Origin: Octopus sinensis
Lineage: Eukaryota
Reading direction: 5' to 3'
DNA: 64,000 bases
NCBI RefSeq assembly: GCF_006345805.1
Contig: NC_043012.1
Coordinates: 17,670,001 to 17,734,000, forward strand
Under the pieces are notes generated by a model that saw only the letters and a program-made list of their open reading frames with translations, was not told the origin of the DNA and ran no database searches. The position numbers and the translations under genes are program-made. Shown piece by piece: positions 26,946 through 38,434 of this stretch (its first letter is position 1; each line of letters starts with the position of its first letter).

Positions 26946-27531
26946 ACATGCACGCATACACAAACACGCACATGCATGTATATAAGACAGGTACTGCGTC
27001 GTTTTCGACGATGCGTGTTCCAGTTCACAAACAATCAAACCTGTGCATGACATTAAATTGCATGTGACTAAACACTCTACAGGTAAGCCTATCCTTAAAA
27101 TAGTTCTCAAGGAGACTCAGTATGGCACACAGTGTGACAAGACTGTGCCTCTGAAATACGGAGACTACGTTGAAATATACCTGAGTGGACGTGAGCAACG
27201 TGGAATAAAATCACTTGATCGAGGACTTAATGCGCCACACAAACATGCACACACAAATATACACATATTCAGAAACATACACATACACACACATACATAT
27301 ACGTACACACATGTATGTGGGTTTCTTTGTGTTTGTAGTTGTCCATTCTCCCCACCACTACCACGTGACAACTAATGTTGGTTTGCCGATATCCCACATA
27401 ACTTAGTGGTTCGGCAATAAGACTCCAGTGTAATAAGCATTAGGTTTATAAAAAAATAGTACTGGAGTTGATTTGATCGACTAAAACCCTTCAAGGGGTT
27501 GCCCCAGCATCGCCGCCACCCGAGACACAAA

Positions 27532-28044
27532 TCTATATATATAAAACTGTAGTTGTGTGAGTGTCTGTCCCCTTCGATTTAGATTCCTACCTACTCCCAC
27601 ATTTTGCGGTGCAGTTTAACCAAATTCGGGTATCTTATAGTCGTGATTCATATCAAGCTCGTCTGAGTATTAGCGCGCGTTTACGATGAGTCTACAATTT
27701 TAAAAATAATTTAACATCATCTTTTATTCCATTTTAATGCATAATTTTTCGTGTGTCGATGGCGGCGGAGTTGGCGCCCATGGTCACACCTGCACCTGTT
27801 TGCTTCTCCCCCTTCTTCCCTCCCTCGTGAAGCTGTGGGGAAGGGAGTTTAAGGAAATCAACGTCGTAATGCGTTGTCAAGGAGACCAGCGTTCTTTTAG
27901 AACAACGACTTCATGGCTTGAAGACACCAAAACAGAAATGGCTAAGAAAGCCCGAATTGGCATCTATAAGGGAAGTAACTCTCTAAAAATGCTTATATAG
28001 TTATTTCCCTTACAAACCCGAGCAACGCCGGGCGATACTGCTAG
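27532..28044 (+). mobile_element. Non-autonomous Helitron (~513 bp)
   Basis: Starts A|TCTATATATATAAAA; subterminal hairpin CCCG-AGCAACGC-CGGG at 28017-28032; ends CTAG|T; no TSD. These are canonical Helitron termini. Confidence 0.88.
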
Positions 28045-28477
28045 TAAAATATAAAATATATGTAAGACAAAAAGAACAAGAAAGGGGAAAGGCGATGAAT
28101 TGGCAGAAACAGAAAAGGACTGATAGAAGTACAAAAATCGCTCGCTTAATAAGTTGGGTTGAAGACCGGTTAGGGACAACTTTGCATTTCAGATTTATAG
28201 GCCATTGGTATAAAGCACTGATTAATTACTCGGCCCTGATCCTATATATATATATATATGTGTGTCTTCCCCTCATTATAACCTCGTGGTAATTTATTTA
28301 TATCAAATATCAATCTAAGACTGATATATCCAATTCCTTCCTTAACCAACGACCTGTATTTGAACTGCATTTATAGAGTAGGTCGTATAATTCGCATGGA
28401 TTACAATCAATTTGATATGTACTTAAAAGCAGAATGCTAACAAAGATACGAATGTAACGAAATGGCTTTGGATTTAT

Positions 28478-29056
28478 TGTTTTACTCTAAGCACAAGGCC
28501 CGACATTTTTGGGGAGGAAGCTAATCAATTAGATGGACCCCAGTACGCAACTGGCACTTAAGTTATCGACCCCGAAAGGAGGAAAGGCAAAGTCGACCTC
28601 GGCGGAATTTGAACACAGAACGTAAAGACATAAGAAATACCTATTTCTTTACAACCCACAAGGGGCTAAACACAGAGGGGACAAACAAGGACAGAGAAAC
28701 GGATTAAGTCGATTTTATCGATCCAGTGCGTAACTGCTACTTATTTAATCGACCCCGAAAGTATGAAAGGCAAAGTCAACTTCGGCGGAATTTGAACTCA
28801 GAACGTAGCGGCAAACTAAATACCTATTTCTTTATTACCCACAAGGGGCTAAACACAGAGGGGACAAACAAGGACAGACATAGGTATTAAGTCGATTTTA
28901 TCGACCCCAGTGCGTAACTGGTACTTATTTAATTGACCCCGAAAGGATGAAAGGCAAAGTCAACTTCGGCAGAATTTGAACTCAGAACGTGGCGGCAGAC
29001 GAAATTCCGCTAGGCATTTCACCCAGCGTGCCAACGTTTCTGCCAGCTCGCCGCCT
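28478..29056 (-). mobile_element. Head-to-tail trimer of the Deu/Nin-like SINE
   Basis: One full head (29056-28825), then two units beginning at GGTATTT (junctions 28824/5 and 28641/2). The last unit has the short-tail variant. Confidence 0.9.
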
Positions 29057-29365
29057 GAAAATGGCTTTCATTGTTGAGTCAACACTGATGAGGAAATATT
29101 ATTTTCGTAGCAGAAGAGAAAAATTTAAAAACAAAAGTAGGAATTCTATAACTTCTTGAGAAAAATGGGCACAAAATAAGTTGAACAACTTTCATACTAG
29201 GAAGACATTTAAAATTCACAACATCGGTTGTGATGATCAGGACAAAGAAACGAATTGCAATAATGCTTTTGAGCATATCGTCCATACGTATGTACAGCTG
29301 GCCTTTGTGAAATTTAATTTAATCCTAAATCTAATTTTCCCCTGTAAGTTTGGAGCCATACTCCC

Positions 29366-29426
<61 letters not shown>

Positions 29427-29980
29427 GAGTGAGAGAGCAGTGCATGCCATCAAAGTGACACTGGGGTAAAATATACGAAGCCCAATATACCCATCATGAC
29501 TACCCGTCTGATAAAGGTACACCAGGCACATGCATCACAACCATATGTGCGCGACATGGTGATTTTATATCAAGATAAACAGCACATGACCTTGCAGGTG
29601 GGGCCCAGTTAGAATTTTCTTCAGGTTGAGTAGCCCATCCCGCTCAAAAGGTCCCTGAATAAGGGTTGTTTAAGGATGTTGAAAGAACCACCCATGTTTC
29701 CAGAGGTGAATTATTCAAACCCCAAAGAATCCCTCTCAACACATGGCTATGATGCTCCCCCACTACTTCTGCTCGTGATCAGAGATGCACATATCGTCAG
29801 CCACTAAGGGACATGCTCAACTGGTTAAGGTCAAACATCTGACAAGCAAATCTGTGGTATTGAGCAGAATATTTGCTGTAGCCCATCTTTTATACCAAGA
29901 CAAAACAATGTACATGATAACACTTCCAATCAGTTAAGATCAGAAGCCATGAGAGCCACTGCCTGGTACTGTATCAGGGC
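29427..29980 (+). mobile_element. ~554-bp (TAA)n-embedded non-coding interspersed element, copy 1
   Basis: GAGTGAGAGAGCAG...GGTACTGTATCAGGGC, flanked by (ATT)n on both sides; nearly identical to the copies at 50174, 50988 and 55251. Confidence 0.92.
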
Positions 29981-30023
<43 letters not shown>

Positions 30024-30032
30024 GTAATTATT

Positions 30033-30078
<46 letters not shown>

Positions 30079-30971
30079 CATATATACGCATACACACCAG
30101 ATGTATACCATACGATTTATTGTCCAATATTATCTATTTGTGTGTGTGTGTGTACGTATATGGCGTTATCTATTTACTGTCACTTCTTTAATCTATCTCC
30201 ATCTCTATTCGATTTAGAACGATCTCTACGGTTTATTTATATTTCAACGAATCAATCTATTACGCTATAGTAGTGAAGCCCAAAAGCATAGATACAAACA
30301 CTTTTGCGATATATAGATATATAAGATTAAAAATATCAAATATGAAACGCGCTGCGTTTAATTATATAAACTTAACATCTTGAGTCAATAGAGAGGAAGA
30401 TAGAGAAAAGATAAAGACAATATGACTCACTTCTTTAATTACTTGTTCAGGCAAGATCAATTCAATGGAGGGAGTGAGCTAATGCAATGAAGGTACATTT
30501 GATCCTTATAGACTAATCATTTGTGGTGGTTATTTAGCAAGAATTTGTAGAGCTGTCTTTTTTGGTCACACGAGACTCTACAGTAAGAGTGACGAAGCGG
30601 AATATTGAACGCTACTCTAGCCTTTTTCTTCTACTTTGCTTCAATAATAATGATAATTCGGTGAGTATTATTAATAATTGCTTTGATCAATATCAATATG
30701 TTAACGATGCATTTGTTAATATTCAAATACCGAGGGATGAAAGACCAAAGTTGAATTCAGCGAGATTTGAAATTTGAAAATAAAATAAATACATCAAACT
30801 TAACTCTATAATGTATTTTGTACTGCATTCCCTATTCCTTACCACTCAGTCTCATTCTCTAAAACAAATATAACAACTCGATTAAAGTATAACGTTTCAG
30901 TAATTCACTTTAATAAATTAAATTTAACAGCAGCAAAGAGAGTTAGTGTATCGCAATCCTATCCTATCATT

Positions 30972-31203
30972 GGCGGCGAGCTGGCAGAGACGTTAGCACA
31001 CCGGGCGAAGTGCTTCGCGGTATCTCGCCTGTCGCTACGTTCTGAGTTCAAATCCCGCCGAGGTCGACTTTGCCGTTCATCATTTCGGGGTCGATAAATT
31101 AAGTACCAGTTACGCACTGGGGGTCGATGTAATCGACTTAATCCGTTTGTCTGTCCTTGTTTGTCCCCTCTATGTTTAGCCCCTTGTGGGTAATAAAGAA
31201 ACA
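30972..31203 (+). mobile_element. Full-length Deu/Nin-like SINE (long tail)
   Basis: GGCGGCGAGCTGGCAGA head, GAGTTCAAATCCC B-box, tail ending GTGGGTAATAAAGAAA. AATCCTATCCT is repeated at 30955 and 31205 (probable TSD). Confidence 0.9.
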
Positions 31204-31989
31204 AAATCCTATCCTTCAGCTATAATATGACTAAATAAGATCAAGTATACATCGGATTATTGGCCAAAGACATAACGCAGGGCAAGTGGTTTAATAATGC
31301 CTAATCAGGATGTTGCCTACATTTTTAGACTCGCTTAGTATAACATTACATGAACAACTCCCCAAACTGTTAATCTTCATTTCATTATGATTTTTCAAGT
31401 AATTCTATGGCAATGTAAATCATACGTAATTAACAAGTACCGAAAGCAATTTTAAGGACGTTATACCAACTGAGTTCTTACATTTCATTATTTTTTTTTC
31501 TGCCGAGAGCGATGATGGCACAAATTAATGTTGACAAGCAAGTAATAGAAATATAGAAACTCGTATTAAGTAAGGTTTCGATTTAATCAGGAATGTACTT
31601 TAGAATAACTTAATGAACCATAGGAAATAGTAGAAACCTGATGCAAAAATTCAATGTGGTTATTTTCAAGCAGACACTAAGCTGGAACAAGACCATTTCA
31701 ATGAGAGAAGAGCAATTTGGTGGAAAAAAAGTACAATTCTTAGTTGCTTCTCCAAATACCCATTCAAGTGAGAGGAAAGAAAATGTAGATTTGATTAATA
31801 AAAAAAATAAGCTCATCATTGTACACCTGATATAAACAGTTTGATTTTGGCTGATTGTTCCTGTTCGGTGTTGTGGAGCTTTCGGCGAAGTAAGGCAATG
31901 GTAAGAAAAAAATAATTATAGTAGACACACCTTTCTTCGTCCTCTCTGCCGAAGTCAAGACGGATAATCCTCTTAACATACACAATTGA

Positions 31990-32197
31990 ACATAATCATC
32001 ATCATCACCATCATCATAACCATCACCACCAACATTATCATTATTATGATGATGATGATGATGATCAACATCATCATCATCGTCGGCGTCGTCGTCGTCG
32101 TCGTCGTCATCCTTATCATCATCATCATAAACATCATCACCATCATCACCACCATCACCACTACCATCATCATCACCATCACCACCATCACCACTAC

Positions 32198-32251
<54 letters not shown>

Positions 32252-32335
32252 CATCTTCATCATCATATTCATCATCATCATCATCATCGTCGTCATCATC
32301 ATCATCATCATCACCATCACCACCATCACCACTAC

Positions 32336-32381
<46 letters not shown>

Positions 32382-32490
32382 TTCATCATCATCATCATCA
32401 TCATCATCATCGTCATCATCATCATCATCATCATCATCACCACCACCACCATCACCACTACCATCATCATCATCATCATCATCATCATAG
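31990..32490. repeat. Imperfect (ATC/ACC/GTC)n triplet tract
   Basis: Direct inspection; source of the poly-Ile and poly-Met ORFs. Confidence 0.95.
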
Positions 32491-32505
32491 TCGTCATCAT
32501 TGTAT

Positions 32506-32720
32506 TAAGGATGGCAAGTTGGTGGAGTCGTTAGTACATCGGGCAAAATGCTTAGCGGCATTTCGTTTGTGCTTATGTGCTGAGTTCAAATTCTGCTGAT
32601 CTCGACTTTGCATTGCATCATTGCGGGGTCCATAGAATAAGTATCAGTCGAGTACAGGTGGGTCGATGTAATCGACTGACCCCTTAACCCTGACTCCTTG
32701 TGCCAAAATCAGAAATCATT
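32506..32720 (+). mobile_element. Deu/Nin-like SINE, diverged
   Basis: AAAATGCTTAGCGGCATTTCG...GAGTTCAAATTC...GGTCGATGTAATCGACT. Confidence 0.8.
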
Positions 32721-32729
32721 ATCAATAGT

Positions 32730-32743
32730 AGTAGCATTAGCAT

Positions 32744-32779
<36 letters not shown>

Positions 32780-32922
32780 CAGAATTAGCATTATGATTCT
32801 TAGCAGAAGTAATTGCAGCAGCAGCATTATTATTATCTTTATCATTATTATTAATAGTAGTAGTTATAGTAGCAATATCACTACTACTACTACTATTACT
32901 ACTACTACTACTGCTACTACTA

Positions 32923-32955
<33 letters not shown>

Positions 32956-33012
32956 TTACTGCTGCTGCTGCTACTACTACTATTGCTGCTACGACTACTA
33001 CTACTACTATTG

Positions 33013-33063
<51 letters not shown>

Positions 33064-33115
33064 TACTACTATTGCTACTACTTCTACTACTATTGCTACT
33101 ACTTCTACTACTACT
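32730..33115. repeat. (AGT)n then (ACT/GCT)n triplet tracts
   Basis: Direct inspection. Confidence 0.95.
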
Positions 33116-33562
33116 AAAATCGTAATCAGTACTGTATATGCTTTATATATAATATACACGTGTTTCAGTAAGTCAACAGTGGTTGTTATGTAGTTTGGAT
33201 GTTCCTATTGTGCAACGCAATTTAGTCGATTACTTCCTCAGAATTTACATCAAAAATATGAAATAATGAAAATTGTCAGCCGCTGTCTAGAACAGTACAC
33301 CATTGAAATATTATCTCCTCATTACATAAGAATAAAGAGTGAATTATGCGAGAATGTAAGACTGCATATGAGCAAGCATAAGAGTGGAGGGTGAAATGAT
33401 GGTACTCTGACCAATCCGTTTTGTAACGTGGCCGCACATTCGGTGCAACTATTACACGGCATGTACGAACATATAAGCATACACAGCTAAATAAAGTTGA
33501 CGCATATACACATACGCACACACACACGTACACACACAGACACAGATATATGTATGCATATA

Positions 33563-33829
33563 AATCACCGTGGTCACCGTGACCCACCAGGCAATCAGAT
33601 GTTGCTACACATCGCTGGTCACAATGCGCTTCGCATTGTTTTAGCCTTCAAATGACGCCACACCGCTGGTTAAACGAGCATGCCAACAGAAAAAAGAGTG
33701 AGAGAGAGTTGTGGCGAATGAGTACAGCAGGGATCGCCACCACCACCACTCACAATGCCCGGTCTGGAATCGAAGCCACGATCCTACGATCGCGAGTCCG
33801 CTGCCCTAAACATAGAGCTATTGCGCCTC
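33563..33829 (-). mobile_element. tRNA-derived SINE, third family, copy 2
   Basis: Reverse-complement match to 24657-24890, with different internal deletions. Confidence 0.8.
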
Positions 33830-33900
33830 TACAGACACACACACACACACACCACACACACACACACACACAACACACACACAAACACACGTACACAAAT

Positions 33901-33931
<31 letters not shown>

Positions 33932-34399
33932 CACTGAATTGGTGTCCATGCTGTTTAACACCCGTATCTATGAAAATTTCTGCTTTTTAATATGGCACAT
34001 ATCATCCTTAAACCCGTAGCCATTAAATTCTGGAATTCTCACAACACGTCTCTTGTTTTCGTATTTTTTAAAATTCACTAACTGTAGACCAAAAACATCC
34101 ATCATTGATATTTTGTGACCAGATATATTCACGAATGAGCGATGACTTAAAGTGACTTGAAAATGAAACCCAATTCCTCTGGCATTCTTTAAAGAAGTGA
34201 AACCCGGCTGCTATCAGACAAGTTTCAATCTGATGCTGTTACCTCTGCTCCTATTGTTGCATTTTTGGCGACTTGTTCTTATTTGCAGACTGGCCCACAC
34301 AGGAGTTAGGTATCCTGCCGGTGATAAGATACGAGCTATTGAATTCTATATGGTGTATTGTAGAAGTTTTCAAATTTTTTCTGAAGAGACATTTCTTAA

Positions 34400-35170
34400 A
34401 TTCAAAGAAATACAAATTCCTAATCACGTTCAGAGTAGGGTCCCATGATTTTAATGCGCTTGTAGTACTGCAACTACTTAGTGAAGGCTCTGTGGAATTC
34501 TACCAATGTCACGGTGTCCACAACCCTTATCACGACCTCGTCATTTTCCCCTCAGTTTGGAGTACAACCAAAAATTACAGAGATACAGAGAGCAAGGTCT
34601 GAATTGTAGGGAGACTGAGAGATAGTTTTGCCACCCATCTCTGTGAAACGGTTGGTTACCAGGATGAAATTTTGAACTGGTGTATGGTCTTTGGCCCTTT
34701 GCGATGACATCTCTCTCTGAACTCCCTCAAAACTTCCACGAAGGACAACTTTTTGACACCTTAGCGAGGGAAAACCCAGTTGCTGTAGATGATGCCCTTG
34801 CAAGCGAAAAACAAGACTGTCATGTGCTTTCTGGTGTACTTGCTTTGGCTGGTCTCTTGCGCCTGTAAAAATTAAATATTTGCTTCATACAAATTAATCA
34901 TAAACATTCTGGAGCATTTCATAAGATTCTGTAGCGATTTTTGCCCTGATTCATACAAATATTTATTGCATCGCGAGCTTCCAAATTTTCACGACCCGAT
35001 TGCATTCTGCAAGCTTGTCTGCTGTGACAAACAGTATTTTGGAGGGTGTTTTAAAAGTGCTGTTACAGCCATCTCTTTCAATATGGAATTTGAACATTTG
35101 GCCGGTCAGCTTATTATATGTTTAGTAATGATATAAAATTACAATAATTTCTGATGGATACAACTGCCTC
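34400..35170 (-). mobile_element. Degenerate mariner-like transposon, internally deleted
   Basis: HMTVLFFACKGIIYSNWV..VEVLREFRERCHRKGP (cf. MLIVFFD.KGIVH.EFV..EVL.RLRE.VRRKRP) and TISQSPYNSDLALC (cf. HPPYSPDLAPC). Confidence 0.75.
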
Positions 35171-35312
35171 TCCTAAGACTCTCGAACATTCTGAAATTAA
35201 CCTCGGAATTGAGCAACAAAATACTCTTTCCTCTTGATAACATGTTTTCTTGGTTACTGTTTTTTATGTTTTTAGATCGAAGTTGTTATGATTCTTTTTT
35301 ATTAAACTGCAA

Positions 35313-35520
35313 AAGGACGACGAGCTGGTAGAACGTTTAGATCGTCGCAATAGTGTTTTACCGTATTTGATCCGGCTCTTTATATGGTAAACTGAAATGT
35401 CGCCATAGTCAACTTCACATTTCATCCATTCGGAGTTGATGAAATAAAGTCTGAGTCGACGACATCATCATGTTCCCGCCAATCAAAATTTTTGACTTTC
35501 TAACTAAAGCAGAAATTATC
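35313..35520 (+). mobile_element. Deu/Nin-like SINE, old copy
   Basis: GACGAGCTGGTAGAA head; GTCAACTTCACATTTCATCCATTCGGAGTTGATGAAATAA core. Confidence 0.6.
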
Positions 35521-36130
35521 ATTTAACCGCATTGTTTTAGTTGAATCTGTGGCCGTTCCTAGTCAAGCAGACCCACGATAACAGACATTCCAAAACGTGG
35601 CAATTCTATTTCATTTTCAAACAACATATCGGCAAATATCTCTGATTACATTGTTGAATGATTCTTTCATTTTTTACGAGTGCTTATTATTATTTAAGGA
35701 ATTGAGATGCTCTTTCAAAAAGGTGGAAAGACAGCGTAAAGTTTCTTTCACTGGCTCCATATACTCTAATTGTGGTGTCAGGTCGCGCTTACAGGCTGCT
35801 ATGCAATGCATCATTTCGCTTCACATCACCAGAGAGAAGCTGCTGTAACCATTAGTTCACATTCAATTCCATGCAATGTGTATCATACTCGGCATAAAGC
35901 GTTTGAAGCAAAGCGAGTAATGTCTACGTAAAACAGCAAACGGTTTTGATGACAAATTATGTGATTAAATAAAAAGTTGATCCTCGGTCGATTGAGCTGA
36001 CTAGTGTCTAAGAGATCAGTCTGTTCTCCTAGCCTTGATTTGACTGGACAGAGCGTTTTGAGGGAGTTTGGGGAGAGGCTCCCTACTTTCGATTATGTGT
36101 ATGATACACACACATACACATACATATACG

Positions 36131-36213
<83 letters not shown>

Positions 36214-36233
36214 TTATCTGTCTATCTATTGTA

Positions 36234-36305
36234 GCTCTGATCACCTAGTAGTTAGGAACGCACATTGTGGCAGAAGTAAACCAAGTTTGCATCCTGGTTA
36301 CGGCA
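36234..36305 (+). pseudogene. tRNA-His(GUG) pseudogene or tRNA-His-derived repeat head
   Basis: 72 nt colinear without gaps with the invertebrate tRNA-His as I recall it (~16 substitutions). Anticodon loop TTGTGGC is intact, but acceptor stem, D-loop GG and TTCG are mutated. Confidence 0.8.
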
Positions 36306-36841
36306 GGATTCTGTATCAGGCGGTGCTATGAAGTTAGACGTGGCCTGGACCAATCTTTGGTCGAAACATATCTAAGTTATACATACATACATGTATACAT
36401 ACATAGATACATACACACACACACACGACATTCGTACGATTTAAACCTCAGGAGGACACCTCCTCAAACAACTTGCTCGATGCAACCGGGGAGTGAACGC
36501 CCGCCATCTTCCAGCCACGAGACCAACAGGCTGTACGGTTTTGAACTCTTTATGCTCAACAACGGTGGTGGATACTCGTCCGATAAATACTAGTAGTTCA
36601 CACCAACTCGCAATATATAGAAAATAAGTGACATCCAATGACATATCATGCAATAAGTAAATTACCTAATTGGAAAATTTCAATAAGAGATGAAAGCTGT
36701 TATCATACTGAGAAGTAATGATTACGGCCACTTAAACATGGTTTAGTAACGTCTGTGTCTACGGAACGGCCATGTTTAAGTGGCGTTAACCATTGCTACA
36801 CACACATACATATATATGTACATGAATATATGTACGTATAT

Positions 36842-36888
<47 letters not shown>

Positions 36889-36892
36889 CACA

Positions 36893-36945
<53 letters not shown>

Positions 36946-37696
36946 ACGTGTGTATCTTTGATTCTTTTGCAGATGTATCGATAAACACTCGAACAAGATG
37001 GGTGGAACTACCTTATCATTCCTGTCTTTAAAATGCGAACCAGTGTTCGTCTTTTGGGAAATGTGCAACGAATGGAGCTAGTGTTTAGGAATTTCTCCAT
37101 AAATATATAATCAAATAGGCTCGATAGTTTAAACGTTTCGACTCTTGTCAAAGAACGTTTGTTAAATAATTACTGGCGCATGACTATGTGTAGTCATCCA
37201 TGTGTGATTATGCTTGTTATAAAATATATTTTTTCCGCTCCACATCCTGTCATTTACGGATGACTGCGCTGTAAAACAACGAAAGAATTTTTTTTTTTAC
37301 TGTACGAAATTCTGTTTGTGTAAACCTATAATCATTTATTTATATTATGGCTTAGTCTGTAGGAAAAGGTATTGCCCGTTGCTTTTGCAGGCTTCTTTAG
37401 TATCTGGTCAGATCATTGACTTTTACTTCCCTCTTCATCATTTGTAATGAGAAGACAATAGATAAAACAGAAAAAAAACTCAAAAAGAAAAAAAAAATGC
37501 AATGAGACACTTCTAGAAGACCGAGGTTGCGGAGGGTAAAGATTGTGGAGGGTTTAAACTTGACGGAAAGGAGGACTGAGTTTAAGAAGTTAGTGCGGTA
37601 TCTATGAAATGTGGGAGGGGACGCACAGGCGCACTCACAGGCATACGCGCACACACACACATATACGCATACATATACATATATATATATATATAT

Positions 37697-37777
37697 TTAT
37701 TTCATAGAAGGAGCTTCCTGATGATTTCTTTTGAATGAAACAGTTCTAGTCCTGTAGAAGCTCCTTCTATAAAATAA
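37697..37777 (+). ncRNA. Complete type I hammerhead ribozyme
   Basis: Stem I 21 bp with one mismatch (37697-37717 / 37757-37777), CUGAUGA 37718-37724, stem II UUC-UUUU-GAA, GAAA 37737-37740, stem III ACAG/CUGU, cleavage triplet GUA ending at 37756. Confidence 0.85.
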
Positions 37778-37844
37778 ATTAATTTACTCTGCTATGTATT
37801 GAGTAGCTTATTTACTGTGGTTAACCCCGACTCAACCCGGGACC

Positions 37845-37895
<51 letters not shown>

Positions 37896-37919
37896 TATAT
37901 ATATTATATATATATATAT

Positions 37920-37987
<68 letters not shown>

Positions 37988-38355
37988 TCAGCCAATTCAA
38001 GGATATCTTCTCCTCATTAGGGATTAATTAATCCAAAATTTCACTGGTTTATTCTCTATCACATGAGTAGAAAATTTTCCCGATGCGTTAGGGATTATTA
38101 TAATAGGTCAAATTGATAACGGAAGAAAACGGTGTATTGAGGATGTATAGTTAATTTATTTGTATCATAGTTTGTTGTTAAGATACAAATATTAAAAAAA
38201 AAAACAATTAAAGATTCAAAGCATATGAATCGCAACATATGTAGATTTTGTGAGTCTTCTATTGTGTTTTTAAAAAAAATTACTATGATACAAATAAGTT
38301 AACTATACATCCTCAACACTCCGTTTTCTTACATTATTAATTTTACCTGTAATAT

Positions 38356-38434
<79 letters not shown>

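Noticed and set aside
31973-32534. Long poly-Ile/Met/Thr/Leu ORFs (also 49141-50145, 55772-56473, 56946-57548 and others)
   Set aside because: Stop-free read-through of triplet microsatellites; no domain content or splice evidence.
36320-36380. Hammerhead-like GACCAA-TCT-TTGGTC-GAAA hairpin
   Set aside because: No CUGANGA in register before stem II, and stem I does not abut the core.
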